A DNA stretch of 64,000 nt from Somniosus microcephalus (taxonomy: Eukaryota): positions 28,458,001-28,522,000 of the forward strand of contig CM126204.1 of assembly GCA_052327205.1 (NCBI GenBank). Reading direction: 5' to 3'. Shown in pieces: positions 1-12,932 of the stretch. The notes under the pieces were generated by a model, which was not told the origin of the DNA, made no database searches, and saw only the letters and a list, made by a program, of their open reading frames with translations. The position numbers and the translations under genes were made by a program. How positions within the stretch are numbered: position 1 is the stretch's first letter; every line of letters begins with the position of its first letter.

Positions 1-37
1 TGAACTGTGGAGTTAATAAAAGTATTAAATTTGACAT

Positions 38-250
38 CTGAGAAGAACGTGCATTTATAGAACACTTTCACAACCTCAGGGCAACCCAGGGTATAACAGT
101 CAATTAATTACTTTTTAAGTGTAGTGTTGTTTTAATGTGGAAATACAGCAACCAATTTGCACACAGCAAGGTCCCACAAATAGTAATGAGCTAAAATAAC
201 CAGATGAGCTGTTTTTAGTAGTGTTGGTTGAGAAATAAATGTTGGTCATG
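38..250 (-). mobile_element. Degenerate 3' part of a Deu-domain SINE (SacSINE1/AmnSINE-like)
   Basis: Aligns by eye to copies at 39270-39720 and 61773-62214 (ccaatttgcacacagcaaggtcccacaaa; tgcatttata tail). Confidence 0.7.
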
Positions 251-1050
251 TCACGTTGGCTTTTACCAAACAAGCTGCCTTCCCCGAGGCTTTTCTTTTG
301 TTTCTCAATTTCTGCGGTTTTAATTCTAAACACACTGAATAAAATGGAAAATTTCTGAACTTTGTCATGCTTACAATGATAAATAGCACTGTACTAGCAC
401 AAGGACCACCTATTGTGACATATTTATCAGAAAAATGAAGTGCTGTAGTGTCGGATGAAAAATCTGTTGAGAAAGTACATCTAGACTACATTAAAATATA
501 AAACTTGTCTTTTCAGTTGTTGCCTGCTTCTTAGTGGAATCCCAATTTTCTGCTCACCCTGTCCAATGACAGGGGGCTGGATTTTCTGATGATGAAGCAT
601 GCGGCAATGCACACCGTAGACTAGGAGTTGGAAGAGCAGAGGGATATAGAACTGGAGAAGACTAGAGAAATAAAATGCAACAACACCATGGAGATATTTG
701 AAGATGAGAATAAGGATTTTGAAGTTGATATGCTAGGGGACAGGGAGCCAGTGAAGGTGATCAAGGACAGGTGTGATCAGTGTGCAGGAAGGATACATTC
801 TGGATTACTTTCTATCGGGTGGAGCTGGGGAGATCAGGAGGAGTGTGTTCAGGTAATGAAGGCATGTCAGAGGAAAAGGTAAATGTACCTGCAACATAAA
901 GTGTTCCCTTTACTCCTTCTGCCATGTAGAAGAAATTCTACTTTGATGGTTAGTTTTGCAGCCTCTGGGAGACCAACTCTTTTGCATCTCAAAACTACCA
1001 TTTAAATGACATCAGTAAATAGCTCCAGAGGGTCCCAGCTGTGACAGATA

Positions 1051-1752
1051 GGCCTAGAAATTCAGTGGGCTGCGCCACCCGTTAGCACCTTAAGAGAGCA
1101 CTTAGTGGGTTTTACGCTACTGGCCACGCCTCCCGCTAAATTTAGCGGGACGCTAATGGCGGCGCTAGCCGTTAGCGCTGCGCCGCTACCGATGACGTCA
1201 TCGGTGTGCACAGCGCCCCGCTACCGCCCCGAACGTGAAATTTAGTAGCGCCCCCTGCTTTAACGCCGGTCACAATTTGCAACCGGTTCAGGGGGGCCTA
1301 CCTGCGGCGGTAGAGGCGCTGAGCGGCCATTTTTTTTGCTGGTCGCCTGCCAGCACCTCCCCGCGCCACCGTCCCCGGCCTCCTGAGCCCCTGCCCGCCC
1401 GCCGCGGAGTGCCGACTGTGTCCCAAGAGCCCGGCACTTCTCCTCGGTGCCGGGCTCTTTTGCCAGCACTCGCGCTCTTCGAGCGCGCTGCAGCAGGCCC
1501 CTCCCCTTTAAGAAGGGGAGGAAGGCCTGCAGTACCGCAGCACGCCGTGCCGCAGCGTGTGGCGCTGCGGGACGTTGCGCTGCGATTTTCAGTTGCAACG
1601 CCCCAAGAGGGATGCGGGGCGCCTCGAGTAGCGCCGCGCTTCCGTCTGGGGTGCTGAAAGTGAATTTGCGGCGGGCGGCCGCGACTCCTTCCGGGGCGGT
1701 ACTTCCGGCGCCCTGGCGAGACTGAAACGGGGCACCAGTGAATTTCTAGGCC
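1051..1752. mobile_element. GC-rich non-autonomous DNA element (PIF/Harbinger-like MITE)
   Basis: TIR GGCCTAGAAATTCA...TGAATTTCTAGGCC with 3-bp TSD ATA; homologous to 8461-9177. Confidence 0.8.
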
Positions 1753-1937
1753 ATATTCTTTTCAATCTTGGATGCCATTTGGAGATATCCAAAAACTGGG
1801 AAGTTCAATGCTGGTGGCAGAGATATTCACTTGCAACAGCAAAGAATGAATTTGAATAAAACACGACCAAAAACCATGCTGCTCAGCACCAGTGTGCACA
1901 GAACCACTTGCTATTACAGAGCCCTGCCCTACCTCTG

Positions 1938-2061
1938 CAACGTTCCCCCTAAGCTGCGTGGCCGCGCAGCCCGGGACCGGTTTTTCAAATGTGAAACTTT
2001 GAATGGGCCGCGCAGCCCATTAAAGAGACCGCCCACCCAAAACAAAATAGGGGGAACGTTG
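1938..2061. mobile_element. 124-bp hAT-like MITE inserted in an L2 fragment
   Basis: Perfect 14-bp TIR CAACGTTCCCCCTA / TAGGGGGAACGTTG; no clean 8-bp TSD. Confidence 0.7.
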
Positions 2062-2380
2062 CCTACAACCCTCAGAGATATCTGCGCACCTCCAATTTTG
2101 GCCTCTTGCGCATCCCCGATTTTCATCACTCCAGCGTTGACGGCCGTGTCTTCACCCAGCTCTGGAATTTTCTCCCTAAACCGCCCAGCCTCGCTACATC
2201 TCTCTCCTCCTTTAAGTCTCTTCTTAAAACTTACCTCTTTGACCAAGCCTTTGGTCACCTATCCAAATAGCTCATTATGTGGCTTGGTGTCAATTTTTAT
2301 GTTTTTATAACGCTCCTGTGAAGCGCCATGGGACGTTTTACTACAGTTAAGACGCTATATAAATGCAAGCAGTTGTTGCT
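2062..2380 (+). mobile_element. L2-clade LINE 3' fragment (starts near 1919, interrupted by the MITE)
   Basis: Reverse complement of the 3' region of the L2 at 55367-56196 (ctttgaccaagc..ttggtcacc; cgctatataaatgcaag tail). Confidence 0.75.
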
Positions 2381-2591
2381 ACTGCTGACGTGTCTGTAAC
2401 TGACCTTCGCTGATAAACTCTGTCAAGTTTTAGACCTGCAACAGTGGGTCTCTGGAAGGCTGAGAGAACATTAGAAATTAAATTTCTGCAGCAGTTATTA
2501 AGACTTAAAAAGTAAGCATTTGGGGAAGCACAGAATTGTAGTACTATTTCCTATACTTACTTTCTTTTGAAGACATGTAACAAAGAGGATA

Positions 2592-2918
2592 CAGGTGCAC
2601 TATCCCTTATCCGAAACCCTTGGGACCAGATGTTTTTCGGAATTCGGAATGGTATTCAGAATCAGTATGTAACACCCTAGCGGGGGTCTGGGCAGCACCC
2701 CGTAAGCAAACACATTAATATTTCTGCAGCGAACCGTATGAATATTCACACTGAGTGGGATAAATAAAGACTATAAATAGTATTACAGTTTATTTGTACA
2801 GTAATAATTTGGTAAATTAAAGTGGAATAAATATAGACCATAAATACTCTAGTTACGCTCCACGAAAAAACTTTCGGTTTTCAAATTTCGGAATTGCGGA
2901 TAAGGGATAGTCTACCTG
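2592..2918. mobile_element. Tc1/mariner (Tigger/pogo-like) MITE
   Basis: TA|CAGGTGCACTATCCCTTATCCG ... CGGATAAGGGATAGTCTACCTG|TA: imperfect 22-bp TIRs and TA TSD. Confidence 0.85.
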
Positions 2919-3185
2919 TATTACACTAGTGGCCGTAATTCTATTTATTTCACAAGTACAACAGACCCATTATTGGAATTCAGTAGTAAATTGAAACCGT
3001 ACACGGAAGTAAATTAATAACTAAGAAATGTAAATTCCTGCAACACTGGCATTTAGAGAAGTACTGATTTTCTTACTGATGTCCCTCTGCCCCTCAGTCT
3101 TCCCCCAGCATATCTAAATAGATTTCAAGAATGGTGTAGAAAAATAAGAGAAATAGTAAGATTTAATTAATGCTGTTTTACTTAC

Positions 3186-3335
3186 ATAACTGAAGCATCT
3201 CCAGAATGAATCAATAAATTCAGGACACTTCTGTAGTATCAAAATGATGAACCATTCGATTAAGTGTTTTACAGATGCCTGATTATCACTCAAACCAGAT
3301 TGATAAACAGTTTCAATGATGGTGCTCAGAAAAAT
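3186..3335 (-). CDS. TARBP1: TARBP1 coding exon (150 nt): IFLSTIIETVYQSGLSDNQASVKHLIEWFIILILQKCPEFIDSFWRCFSY
   Basis: Not in the ORF track; read manually. ttccacag|ATT acceptor and TAT|gtaagt donor. Confidence 0.94.
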
Positions 3336-3841
3336 CTGTGGAACAGATTGATACAGTTTTAGTGCAAGAATATGGGCACTATGTCAATTAGATGATGCCA
3401 GCTAATGTGCCACAGGCGGCCGCAACCTGAAAGTAAACTTGTTTGGGGATCATTAAAGACCTGGTAGAAAAGGGTTTAATGGCCATTGACCCAAGTGAAT
3501 CTCAACAAATTTACTTTGGGTTGAATTTTTAAATTCAGCACAAGCAATCCTCCGATAAAGTATTTACTATGCATCACAATTATGTTTGTATTTCAATGTG
3601 TAAACGCCATAGAGTGATCAGCGCTATCTCTTCCAACAATCAGAACTACCAGAGAAACAATCGACAATCCAGAGTCCGGAAAGTGGTTTAATCCCCAAAT
3701 GGGGAATGGGCTATTGGAGAAATAAAAAGCCTTGGTTTCAGATACTAACATTTTGAAAGATTAAAACAACAACTTCACGGCTAATTACTTTTGGTGCCCT
3801 TGTGAATGTAAAATGCAGTCGCTAGCTTATAATAGTTCTAC

Positions 3842-3952
3842 CTGGTCCATTTGAGGAAGAAGTACAAGTAGCGTCTGCCAAATTCTGTTCTTTAGTCGAT
3901 GCAGCATGGAGTTCACATAATATCGGCCCTTGGCATTCCTCAGCTCTCCGTC
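3842..3952 (-). CDS. TARBP1: TARBP1 coding exon (111 nt): [37 protein letters not shown]
   Basis: ttcacag|GAC acceptor and CAG|gtagaa donor; strong match to the human peptide. Confidence 0.94.
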
Positions 3953-4206
3953 CTGTGAATAGGTGAAATAGTGATAAGAGGCAGATGCTGAAGAGGTACT
4001 GATTAGAAATTCTGGCGTGAAATCCAAAAAAGATAAGCAATATGATTTTGTTCAAATACGTGCTGAACACTGGCTAAACACCCCTTCCAAAAATAAAATC
4101 CCACATTCAACAGGCATCATTGTAAATAGACTTGCAATTTGGAACATTCCTTTTGATCAAATTCACTCCTAAATAGCAAGTTCTGAAAATACACAGCATT
4201 ATGTAA

Positions 4207-6556
4207 CGAGAAAGGATTAATTAGCAATCTTGTTGTAAGAGGCCCCTTGGGTCGGAGCGATCATAATATGATCGAATTCTTCATTAAGATGGAGAATGAA
4301 GTAGTTGACTCGGAGACTAGGGTCCTCAATTTAAATAAAGGAAACTATGATGGTCTGAGGAGCGAGTTGGGTAGGATTGATTGGGGAATGGCACTCAAAG
4401 GGTTGACGGTGGATAGGCAATGGCAAACATTCAAAGACCGAATGCATGAACTACAGAATTTGTTCATCCCAGTTTGGCATAAAAATAAAACAAAAAAGGT
4501 GACCCAACCGTGGCTAACAAGGGAAATTAGGGATAGCATAAGGTCCAAGGAGAGGGCATATAAATTGGCCAGAAAAAGCAATAATCCTGAGGATTGGGAG
4601 CAGTTTAGGATTCAACAAAGGAGGACAAAGGGATTAATTAAGAAAGGGAAAATAGAATATGAGAGTAAGCTTGCAGAGAACATAAAAACTGACTGTAAAA
4701 GCTTTTATAGATACGTGAAGAGAAAAAGATTGGTGAAGTCAAGCGTAGGTCCCTTGCAGTCAGAATTGGGGGAATTTATAATGGGGAACAAAGAAATGGC
4801 AGACCAACTAAATACATATTTTGGTTCTGTCTTCACAAAGGAGGACACAAATAACCTCCCAGAGATGCCGGGGAACATAGGGGTCTGATGAAAGGGTGGA
4901 ACTGAAAGAAATCAGTATTTGTAGGGAAATGGTGTTAGGAAAATTGATGGGACTGAAGGCCGATAAATCCCCAGGGCCTGATAATCTACATCCCAGGGTA
5001 CTTAAGGAAGTGGCCCTAGAAATAGTAGATGCATTGCTGGTCATCTTCCAGAACTCGATAGACTCTGGAACGGTACCCATGGATTGGCGGGTAGCTAATG
5101 TTACCCCACTATTCAAAAAAGGTGGTAGAGAAAAGGCGGGGAATTATAGACCGGTAAGTTTGACATCGGTAGTGGGGAAAATGCTAGAGTCCATTATAAA
5201 AGATGTAATAGCAGAGCACTTGGAAAGCAGTGACTGGATCGGACAAAGTCAACATGGATTTACAAAAGGTAAATCATGCTTGACTAATCTACTGGAATTT
5301 TTTGAGGATGTAACTGGTAAAATAGATAAGGGAGAACCAGTGGATGTAGTGTATTTGGACTTTCAGAAGGCTTTCGATAAAGGTCCCGCATAAGAGATTA
5401 GCGTGCAAAATTAAGGCACATGGGATTGGGGGCAAGGTATTGACTTGGATAGAGAACTGGTTGGCGGACAGAAAGCAAAGAGTTGGAATAAACGGGTCGT
5501 TTTCCGAGTGGCAGGCAGTGACTAGTGGGGTACCGCAAGGATCGGTCCTAGGACCCCAGTTGTTCACAATATATATTAATGATCTGGACGAGGGAATTGG
5601 ATGTAATATCTCCAAATTTGCAGACGACACAAAGCTGGGGGGGGGGGGGGGGGGGGGGAGGGTATGCTGTGAGGAGGATGTCGTGAAACTCCAGCACGAT
5701 TTGGACAGGTTGGGTGATTGGGCAGAAACATGGCAAATGCACTATAATGTGGATAAATGTGAGGTTATCCACTTTGGTGGCAAAAACAGGAAGGCAGATT
5801 ATTTGAATGGTAATAGATTGGGAGAAGGGGAAGTGCAAAGAGACCTGGGTGTTCTTGTACACCAGTCACTGAAGGTAAGCATGCAGGTGCAGCAGGCGGT
5901 TAAGAAGGCAAATGGTATGTTGGCCTTCGTAGCAAGAGGGTTCGAGTACAAGAACAAGGATGTCTTGCTGCAGTTGTACAGGGCCTTGGTGAGACCACAC
6001 CTTGAGTATTGTGTGCAGTTTTGGTCGCCTTACCTGAGGAAGGACGTTCTTGCCATGGAAGGAGTGCAGCGAAGATTCACCAGGCTGATACCTGGGATGG
6101 CAGGAATGACGTATGAGGAGAGATTGTGTCGATTGGGCTTATACTCACTGGAGTTTAGAAGATTGAGAGGGGATCTCATCGAAACCTATAAAATTCTGTC
6201 AGGCCTGGACAGACTAGATACAGGAAGGATGTTTCTGATGGCTGGGGCGTCCAGAACCAGGGGTCATAGTCTAAGGATAAGGGGTAAGCCATTTAGGACT
6301 GAAATGAGGAGGAATTTCTTCACCCAGAGAGTGGTGAACCTGTGGAATTCTCTGCCACAGAGGGCGGTGGAGGCCAGTTCATTAAGTATATTCAAGAAAG
6401 AGTTGGATATATTTCTTAAGGCTAAAGGGATGAAGGGATACGGGGAGAAGGCAGGGACTGGGTACTGAATTTGGATGATCAGCCATGATCTCATTGAATG
6501 GCGGAGCAGGCTCGAAGGGCCGAATGGCCTACTCCTGCTCCTATCTTCTATGTATC
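4207..6556 (+). mobile_element. 5'-truncated young CR1 LINE (end of APE, RT, 3' UTR), with a stop and a frameshift
   Basis: ORFs 4247-4888, 4896-5393 and 5440-6468 contain [25 protein letters not shown] and FADDT. CR1 tail present; flanked by TATGTAA repeats (4200-4206, 6557-6563). Confidence 0.95.
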
Positions 6557-6837
6557 TATGTAAAACATACAAGAACAGGAAGGATTACATAATTCTCTGC
6601 AAAGTGACCGACAGCCTCCATTATGAGATTGCACATCTGCAAATACTTAAATATTTAAACACTTACAATAAATCCAAAAAACACTACCATCCATTCAATT
6701 GTCTGTGTGAGGAATAACATAGGTGAACAAATGTTGGCAACATATAATCTAGTAGTTGATCTCTTGTGGCATCACTCGTGGATAGAAATGCATGCCAGTT
6801 TCCCTTCTCCATGTTGTGTTTCTGTTCTCATACATAC

Positions 6838-7260
6838 ATTAGAAGTTACAACACGGAAACAGGCCATTCAGCCCAACCGAGAATTACCTGCCACATGAGC
6901 AAATAGTCCCAATCACCTGCTCATATCCCTTTATCCCCATTCCTTTCATTCACCTATTCAATCTAATCTTGAATGTTTACGTTGTTTCTGCCTCAACTAA
7001 CCCTGGAAGTGAATTCCACAGCTTCACAACTCTCTGTGCAAAGAAGTTTCTCTTGTGCTCTGTTCTAAATCTCTTACACTTAAACATGTATTTAAACATG
7101 GCCACTCATTCTAGGCTCCTCAACCACTGGAAACAGTCTGCTTCTCTCAAACCTGTCCCATCCTTTCATAATTTTGAACACTTCTATCATATTGCCTGTA
7201 ATTTTCATTGTTCGAACGAAAAAGTTCTAATTTTTCTCCACATTTATACTTCCTCATTGT
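6838..7260 (-). mobile_element. Old CR1 3' fragment
   Basis: ggccattcagccc tail and gaattccaca..ttcacaactctctgtg..aagaagtttctc antisense CR1 motifs. Confidence 0.7.
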
Positions 7261-8460
7261 GCCTTCTCGAAGGCCTCAAAATCCTTCCTATACAGCACAT
7301 ATTACTCAAACTGTACTATTGCAGTTTAAATGCAAACCTTTCGCAAAGGCCCCTTATTTGCATATGCAAAGGCCCCAACACCCGTTTCAGGTGCGAGCCC
7401 TCAACATCTCTTCTTCTGGCTTTAACAAAATGGCGGGTGACGCACTTCCGGCGCGAAAATGTGCATACGCACGCCGCACGCCATATTGGATGCTTTGGCA
7501 CCTGTTTTAAACCTGTAACGCTGGCGCAGTGTCAACCTATTTCTAGGCCTGTGTCTTTCTCGCTATCTGTGTCAGAGGTGTTAGTCATTAGACGCTCTGT
7601 CTCAAGTGTAAAAATTAGCAATTACTTTTTAAACAGAAAACAAAGGACAGGTGGATAATTAGTTGGCTTCAAGATTCAAACTCGTGTGCCAAGTCAGTCT
7701 CTCTTCCGCTCCACACAACTCTATGCATTTTCTGATGTTGACAGAACACAAAATTATATGTAATCAGAACACTGGCATTTTCCCTCATTTTTGCAGAGAT
7801 AGCTTCTCTATTTTAAAAAAAACACTCAATATAACTATTACTTCAATAAAGTTTTTATAATTTGCCCTTTTGTTTTTCAAATTATTTGAAGAAAAGCTAC
7901 CAATAGAAAGTGCTGGAAGCTAAAGAAAAATATCCCATCAGTACAGCTAACTGAACGGTACTGATGCATCAGGGAAGTTAGCCACACTGCACATGCTAAA
8001 ACTCCACAATCCAAATTCAGCTCTGGGCAAAAATATGAAGGTTTTTGGGAGTGGCTGATGCCTTCAAATAAAATCTTTAATAAATGTGTTAAAAGAGGCA
8101 AAGGCAATTCAGTGGATAAATTTGATCATGAGATTGTGAAATATCTTTTTTTTTTTTTTTTTATAATTGTGTTTAAACTTTTGTTTTGGACAATAGCTGT
8201 TTCATTTGGTGGGGGGGGGGGGGGGGGGGATAGAAATACTGGGTGAAAAAAATTTCAGAAAGCATTTTGAGTGATGTGTGGGAAGCCGGTGGCCAAACTA
8301 AGCAATCATAGAGCGATATAATCGCTGTACAAAACAGCAGCCATTGTGTGTCACCCAACATTGAAAAAGCCCATCATAGCACCACCTATGGGAGTGACAG
8401 GTATTTAAAATGAGTTTTCAATGAAACGCACCCAAATGTAACATAGAATTGAGAGATATA

Positions 8461-9177
8461 GGGGTAGAAATTGGGTGAGTAGCGCCACCTGTTAGTGCCT
8501 AAAGAGGCAGTCAGTGGCTGTAGCGCCACTGGCTGCGTCGCCTGCGATATTCAGTAGGGGCGCTAATGGTGGCGTTAGGCATTTGCGCTGCGCCGCCACC
8601 GATGACGTCATCGGTGTGCGCAGCGCCCCATTCGTGCCCCGTTCGCGATATTTGATAGCGAACGCCGCAGTTGCGCCGCTCGCTACCCGCGCCCGGTTCA
8701 CAGGGCCTTACTGTGCCGGCAGCGGCGCACGTTAAGGTGGAGGTGCGGGGCGGCCGCTTTTTCGGCGGCCGCCTGCCAGCACCTCCGTCCCCGGCCTCCT
8801 AACCACCCCCCCCCCCCCCCGCGGCATTGCCGGCTGTTTCCCGAGAGCCCGGCACTTCTCCTTGGTGCCGGGCTCATTTGCCGGCACTCGCGAGCGGGGA
8901 TCGCGCTGTTGCAGGCACCTCCCCCTTAACAGTGGGAGGAAGGCCTGCAGTACCGCAGCGTGCCGTGCCGCAGCATGTGGCGCTGCAGCACGTTGCGCTG
9001 CGATAATCAGTTTCAACGCCCTAAGAGGGACGCGGAGCGCCTCGAGCCTCGCCCCGTCTCCCTCGAGGGGCACTGAAACTGAATTTCTGGCGATCGGTAT
9101 CACTCCGATCGCTGCGCTAAATCCTGCGCTCAGGCGACTTTTGCGCCACTTTGGCGCCCCAACCCAATTTCTAGGCC
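8461..9177. mobile_element. GC-rich Harbinger-like MITE, same family as 1051-1752
   Basis: TIR GGGGTAGAAATTGGGT...ACCCAATTTCTAGGCC with ATA on both flanks; internal sequence collinear with the first copy. Confidence 0.8.
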
Positions 9178-9494
9178 ATAATATTCAATTTCCAAGTATA
9201 GTACTGTCACATGGTCCCTATGGTCAAGATCATTACTGCCATCACGCTGAACCATACTTTACTTCCTTGTGTGATCAAGAAGGCAGCTCACTGTCACCTT
9301 CTCAAGGGCAATTAGGAATGGCCAATTAATGCTGGCCTTGCCAGTGACGCCCACATCCCAGGAACGAATATTAAAAAAATCAAAACACAGCGCCAGAATT
9401 TATCTTACTTGCTCAGTAAAGAATCACCCTCATTTGTGAAAATGTTATGCCAGTGATACTTGTACTAGGAAGATACCAGAAGAAAAATAATTAC

Positions 9495-9615
9495 CTTCTC
9501 AAGGAGTTTGCTAACAAGATTCTCCATGAATTTTTTGTGCAACGGATTCGATCCATTCAATTGACAGAGGAAATTAATGGCCCAAATCCGCACAGATTGA
9601 TCATCGCGGTTTTCA
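9495..9615 (-). CDS. TARBP1: TARBP1 coding exon (121 nt): ENRDDQSVRIWAINFLCQLNGSNPLHKKFMENLVSKLLEK
   Basis: cttgcag|T acceptor and AAG|gtaatt donor; matches human VRICAVKFLCLLDGSN. Confidence 0.92.
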
Positions 9616-12380
9616 CTGCAAGGTGGTAAATTGGGGAAAAAAATCAACTATCTTTAGATGTTAGTAAGTCCCATCCAGAGAACAATGGTTCATAAGAAGG
9701 TTACTGTTTAAATAATCTGATTCCAGCTTTACTTAGGAAAACAGTAAATAGGCATTTTTCTGAGAGCATTTACTTTCCAATTCCCGCTCTCCATTTGTTT
9801 TCATGTGACCTCCCCAGGCCAAGCACCATCTGTGCCAAATGCACACCGATATATGACAAGCTCTCAAGTGCCCGCTAATGTCGTTCTAACCCAGCTGACG
9901 GGAGATATGCAGGAAGGGTTACGTGCGATTGTTGCTCCTTCATCCAGTGCATTCTGACTAATAGTTGACTATGAAACCACTGATTACATCAACCCTGTGG
10001 TTCTACTTCACTACTTTTCAGACTTTCGGTCCATTAAAATAAATGCTTTAAAAAGGAAAATATCATAAGCAATGTCTATGGAAATTGTGCTCAAAAGATT
10101 GCCAAGAAAGTTTACAAAATTGTAGTGCATATTTTAGTTTTTAAATATTTAGTTTTTTTTTAAGGGCCAAAATACCAAAAGTTGCAAAACACAACTACAG
10201 GCCACGTGATTACGCTGTTACTGCGGGTAATTAACTCGAGTCCAACTAAGAAAAGTCATCGATAACCCCTTTACTCCACGTGAAATGGAGCAGCTGGATT
10301 GCCCCACAACAAGCACATGGTTCTTAACACTTGTTGTTAAGGGGGGAAAAAAAAAATTATGTGGAAGACACAAAAATCTAACAGTTAAGCTCCCCATTAA
10401 GTACTCTCTGGTTATATGGTTAACAACCACTCAACTTTAATTATCATTTATGACCATCAAGTATCTCTGTTGTAAGGCAAATTACTTTTTCATGTGACAC
10501 TTTACCCTGGTTGAGTGCATTTCTGTCTTGTCCAGCAAATTAGAACGAGCATATTTATTTTTCCCTATACTTAAAAAAGGATCTTAAATGTAAACCAGAG
10601 GTTTCATTAAGAATTAAAGGTGATCTAGTTTGGGGAGCAGGGAAGATGTCCTTAATGCAACACACTTGGTGCAATCTTGGTGTAAGATAGATGATGCTGA
10701 CCAACTGAGGAAGCATCTAATCCTATGCAAGGAAGATGGGAAATGTCCTTGTTGCCTGATTCAAATGAAACACCTGCAAGGATGTAATCTTATGCTTTGA
10801 CCGAATCTGTTGAGACTCTATCAGAAGATAAGATAATCACTAGAAAAAGTGAGGAGGCTTCAACCTCGAGATTCGAAAATATCATTAAAAAGAGTTTGAA
10901 GCAGAGTCACCTTCTAGTGCTCAAAATGATCCGTGCATATCGCGTGCTGAAGCGGTGTCTCAAATCTTGCAATCTGATTGGTCCATGGGAAGCATATGAC
11001 CTATTCCCCCAATTAGCATGACAAGATTGATGATTGCCAGGAGACGTGGTTCCCACAAACCAGAGGCTCACCATGTGTTTTTCTTACAGTAGTAGTAACT
11101 GCTCTCCAGTCCTTACCTAACTAGCTTTACCCAAGTATAATCCTGCATTCTCCCCACTGAGCTTCAGTCTAAAATGCCAATCCAACCCTCCCAAACAGTG
11201 CCTCCCCAACCTTAGGACCCACTCCTTCCCAACTCTTCCCTTTGAGCCTGTGTTCCTCCCTCCCCCAGCCCCATCCCCGGGACATTATTTCCTTTTATCT
11301 ACAAGATTAGACTCCCTTTCCTTCTGACACATCTATCATTTTGCTACGTGCCCTGGACCTTAAAAAAGATAAAAGATGGAGTAAATCAAAAGTAACATCT
11401 GCAAGAAGTGTTAAGTTAGATTGCAAGACTTACAAGGGAGAGGTAATAAGACACTTCTACAGAAAGAACAAGGCAGGAAGAGTGACTAAAAAAGAGATGC
11501 AAACAGAGAGGTCCAGAGATAACAATGTATGGGAGCACCAGAGAGAGAAAGCAGGGGGCATAAGATCAGATCCCCAGCCCAGATACCAGGTACATTGTCG
11601 CGTGCAGTGCTTGGAGCTGCAGCTTGGTGTTCTTTATTAGTGACAGTGCAAAGAACGTCAGTGTCCCAAAACAACACACCTCCATGGTCCTCCCTAGCAA
11701 TGTCAAACATGCGAGGTGTGCTGGGACTTGAGCCTCGACAGTGCAGCCCGGACACAGCATGGGATGGGGGTATTCACGAGAGATACAATAGGAGACTCTT
11801 AAGCTCTGAATACTTAATCCTCTTTATCTGCAAGTAACACTATGTGGTTCCCCAAATAAATGTTACTTAATTTACCAAATTTTATTCTATTCCTGTTCTC
11901 AAGTTCAATGTGCCTGTCAGTAGATTGTGCAAACAGGATTTAAGCAAACCCACAATCAAGAAACAGCCAAATCCATTAAACAACCAAGTCACATCAGCAG
12001 CAGATAAAAAGAAGTTCAAGTTATGACAGCAGTGCAATAAAAGTGCTAAAGAATGCATGGAGGTGGATAAAAATAAACACTATATGTACACAAAAGCAGG
12101 ACATGTTTAGAAATGAGCTTAAAGCTACGTGAATATTTTGCTCTGGGAATACTGAAAAAAAGCCAGAAAGATCAAAAATTATAACCTTTTTCACCTGCCA
12201 TTCTGTGCAACAATATTGACGACTGCAGGCCAGTTGTTTACGAGGACTACAAGTCAATCCCATTTAGTGAATGGGTCGCACTGCGTGAGCATTTTCCAAG
12301 TTCACGAATCATTCTCTCCCCTCATCCAAATCAACTCTGCCTATTCCTGTAACTAATTCAGAAACCAGCTATTCCCTTAC

Positions 12381-12452
12381 TTTTCAGTAGCTCTGTTGGC
12401 TGCACAGTCATCTCCCAGTAGTTCTATATGGGTATGTACATCTTGAATTATC
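12381..12452 (-). CDS. TARBP1: TARBP1 coding exon (72 nt): IIQDVHTHIELLGDDCAANRATE
   Basis: Not in the ORF track; read manually. tgtctag|G acceptor and AA|gtaagg donor; phases fit both neighbours; matches human LVQDVQTFIENLGHDCAAN. Confidence 0.9.
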
Positions 12453-12721
12453 CTAGACAGAAAGCAACAGAATTGACACTTTAAACCCTTTGAAAACCCA
12501 CCAGAAATTTGCTATACATAAAAAAAAAAATCAGAGCCAGCTTGTGAAATAGTACAATAGAATTTTTTTTATTTCACATGTATATATACTTTAGACTTTC
12601 AACTTTTCACATTTCTAATAACTAACCGCCAAAGCACAAATTTTGTAAAATAACAAAAAATTTACAATTGACGTTTGAAAATTAAGTACTTTAAAATGTT
12701 TTACAACACTTCACGTTTTAC

Positions 12722-12921
12722 CTCTGATCCTTCCGAAAAACAGGTCCAAATAGACAAGCCTCTACAAAAAGATCTACATGGTTTTCAGCGCTTGTGAAAG
12801 AATCTTGTTGGAGACTTTTGGAAGTAGAAACAGCAGGCAACCACGTTTGGCAGCAGTGAGTAATTAACACGTTAAAGACTCCAGTTTTGGTTTGCGATAT
12901 TTCGAGCAACTTGATTATAAT
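12722..12921 (-). CDS. TARBP1: TARBP1 coding exon (200 nt): IIIKLLEISQTKTGVFNVLITHCCQTW..EACLFGPVFRKDQ(R)
   Basis: tttgtag|ATT acceptor and AG|gtaaaa donor; KTGVFN..CCQ.W and EAC.FG.VFR.DQR motifs. Confidence 0.93.
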
Positions 12922-12932
12922 CTACAAAAGGA

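Noticed and set aside
1235-1725. Overlapping Ala/Arg/Pro-rich ORFs (also 8492-9329 and 44664-44936)
   Set aside because: By-products of GC-rich repeats; the frames are not preserved between homologous copies.
1051-1752. CpG island as a host gene promoter
   Set aside because: Bounded exactly by TIRs and a TSD and repeated at 8461, so it is a mobile element.
5637-5658. Poly-glycine insert in the CR1 RT, and other long G/C runs
   Set aside because: Homopolymer expansion absent from sibling copies; slippage or a sequencing artefact.
4345-6572. Antisense ORFs over CR1 copies
   Set aside because: Shadow frames of RT coding sequence, with no independent evidence.
7272-7549. Possible further GGCCTAGAAAT-family MITE
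   Set aside because: Only one convincing terminus (atttctaggcc); the left end and TSD could not be established.
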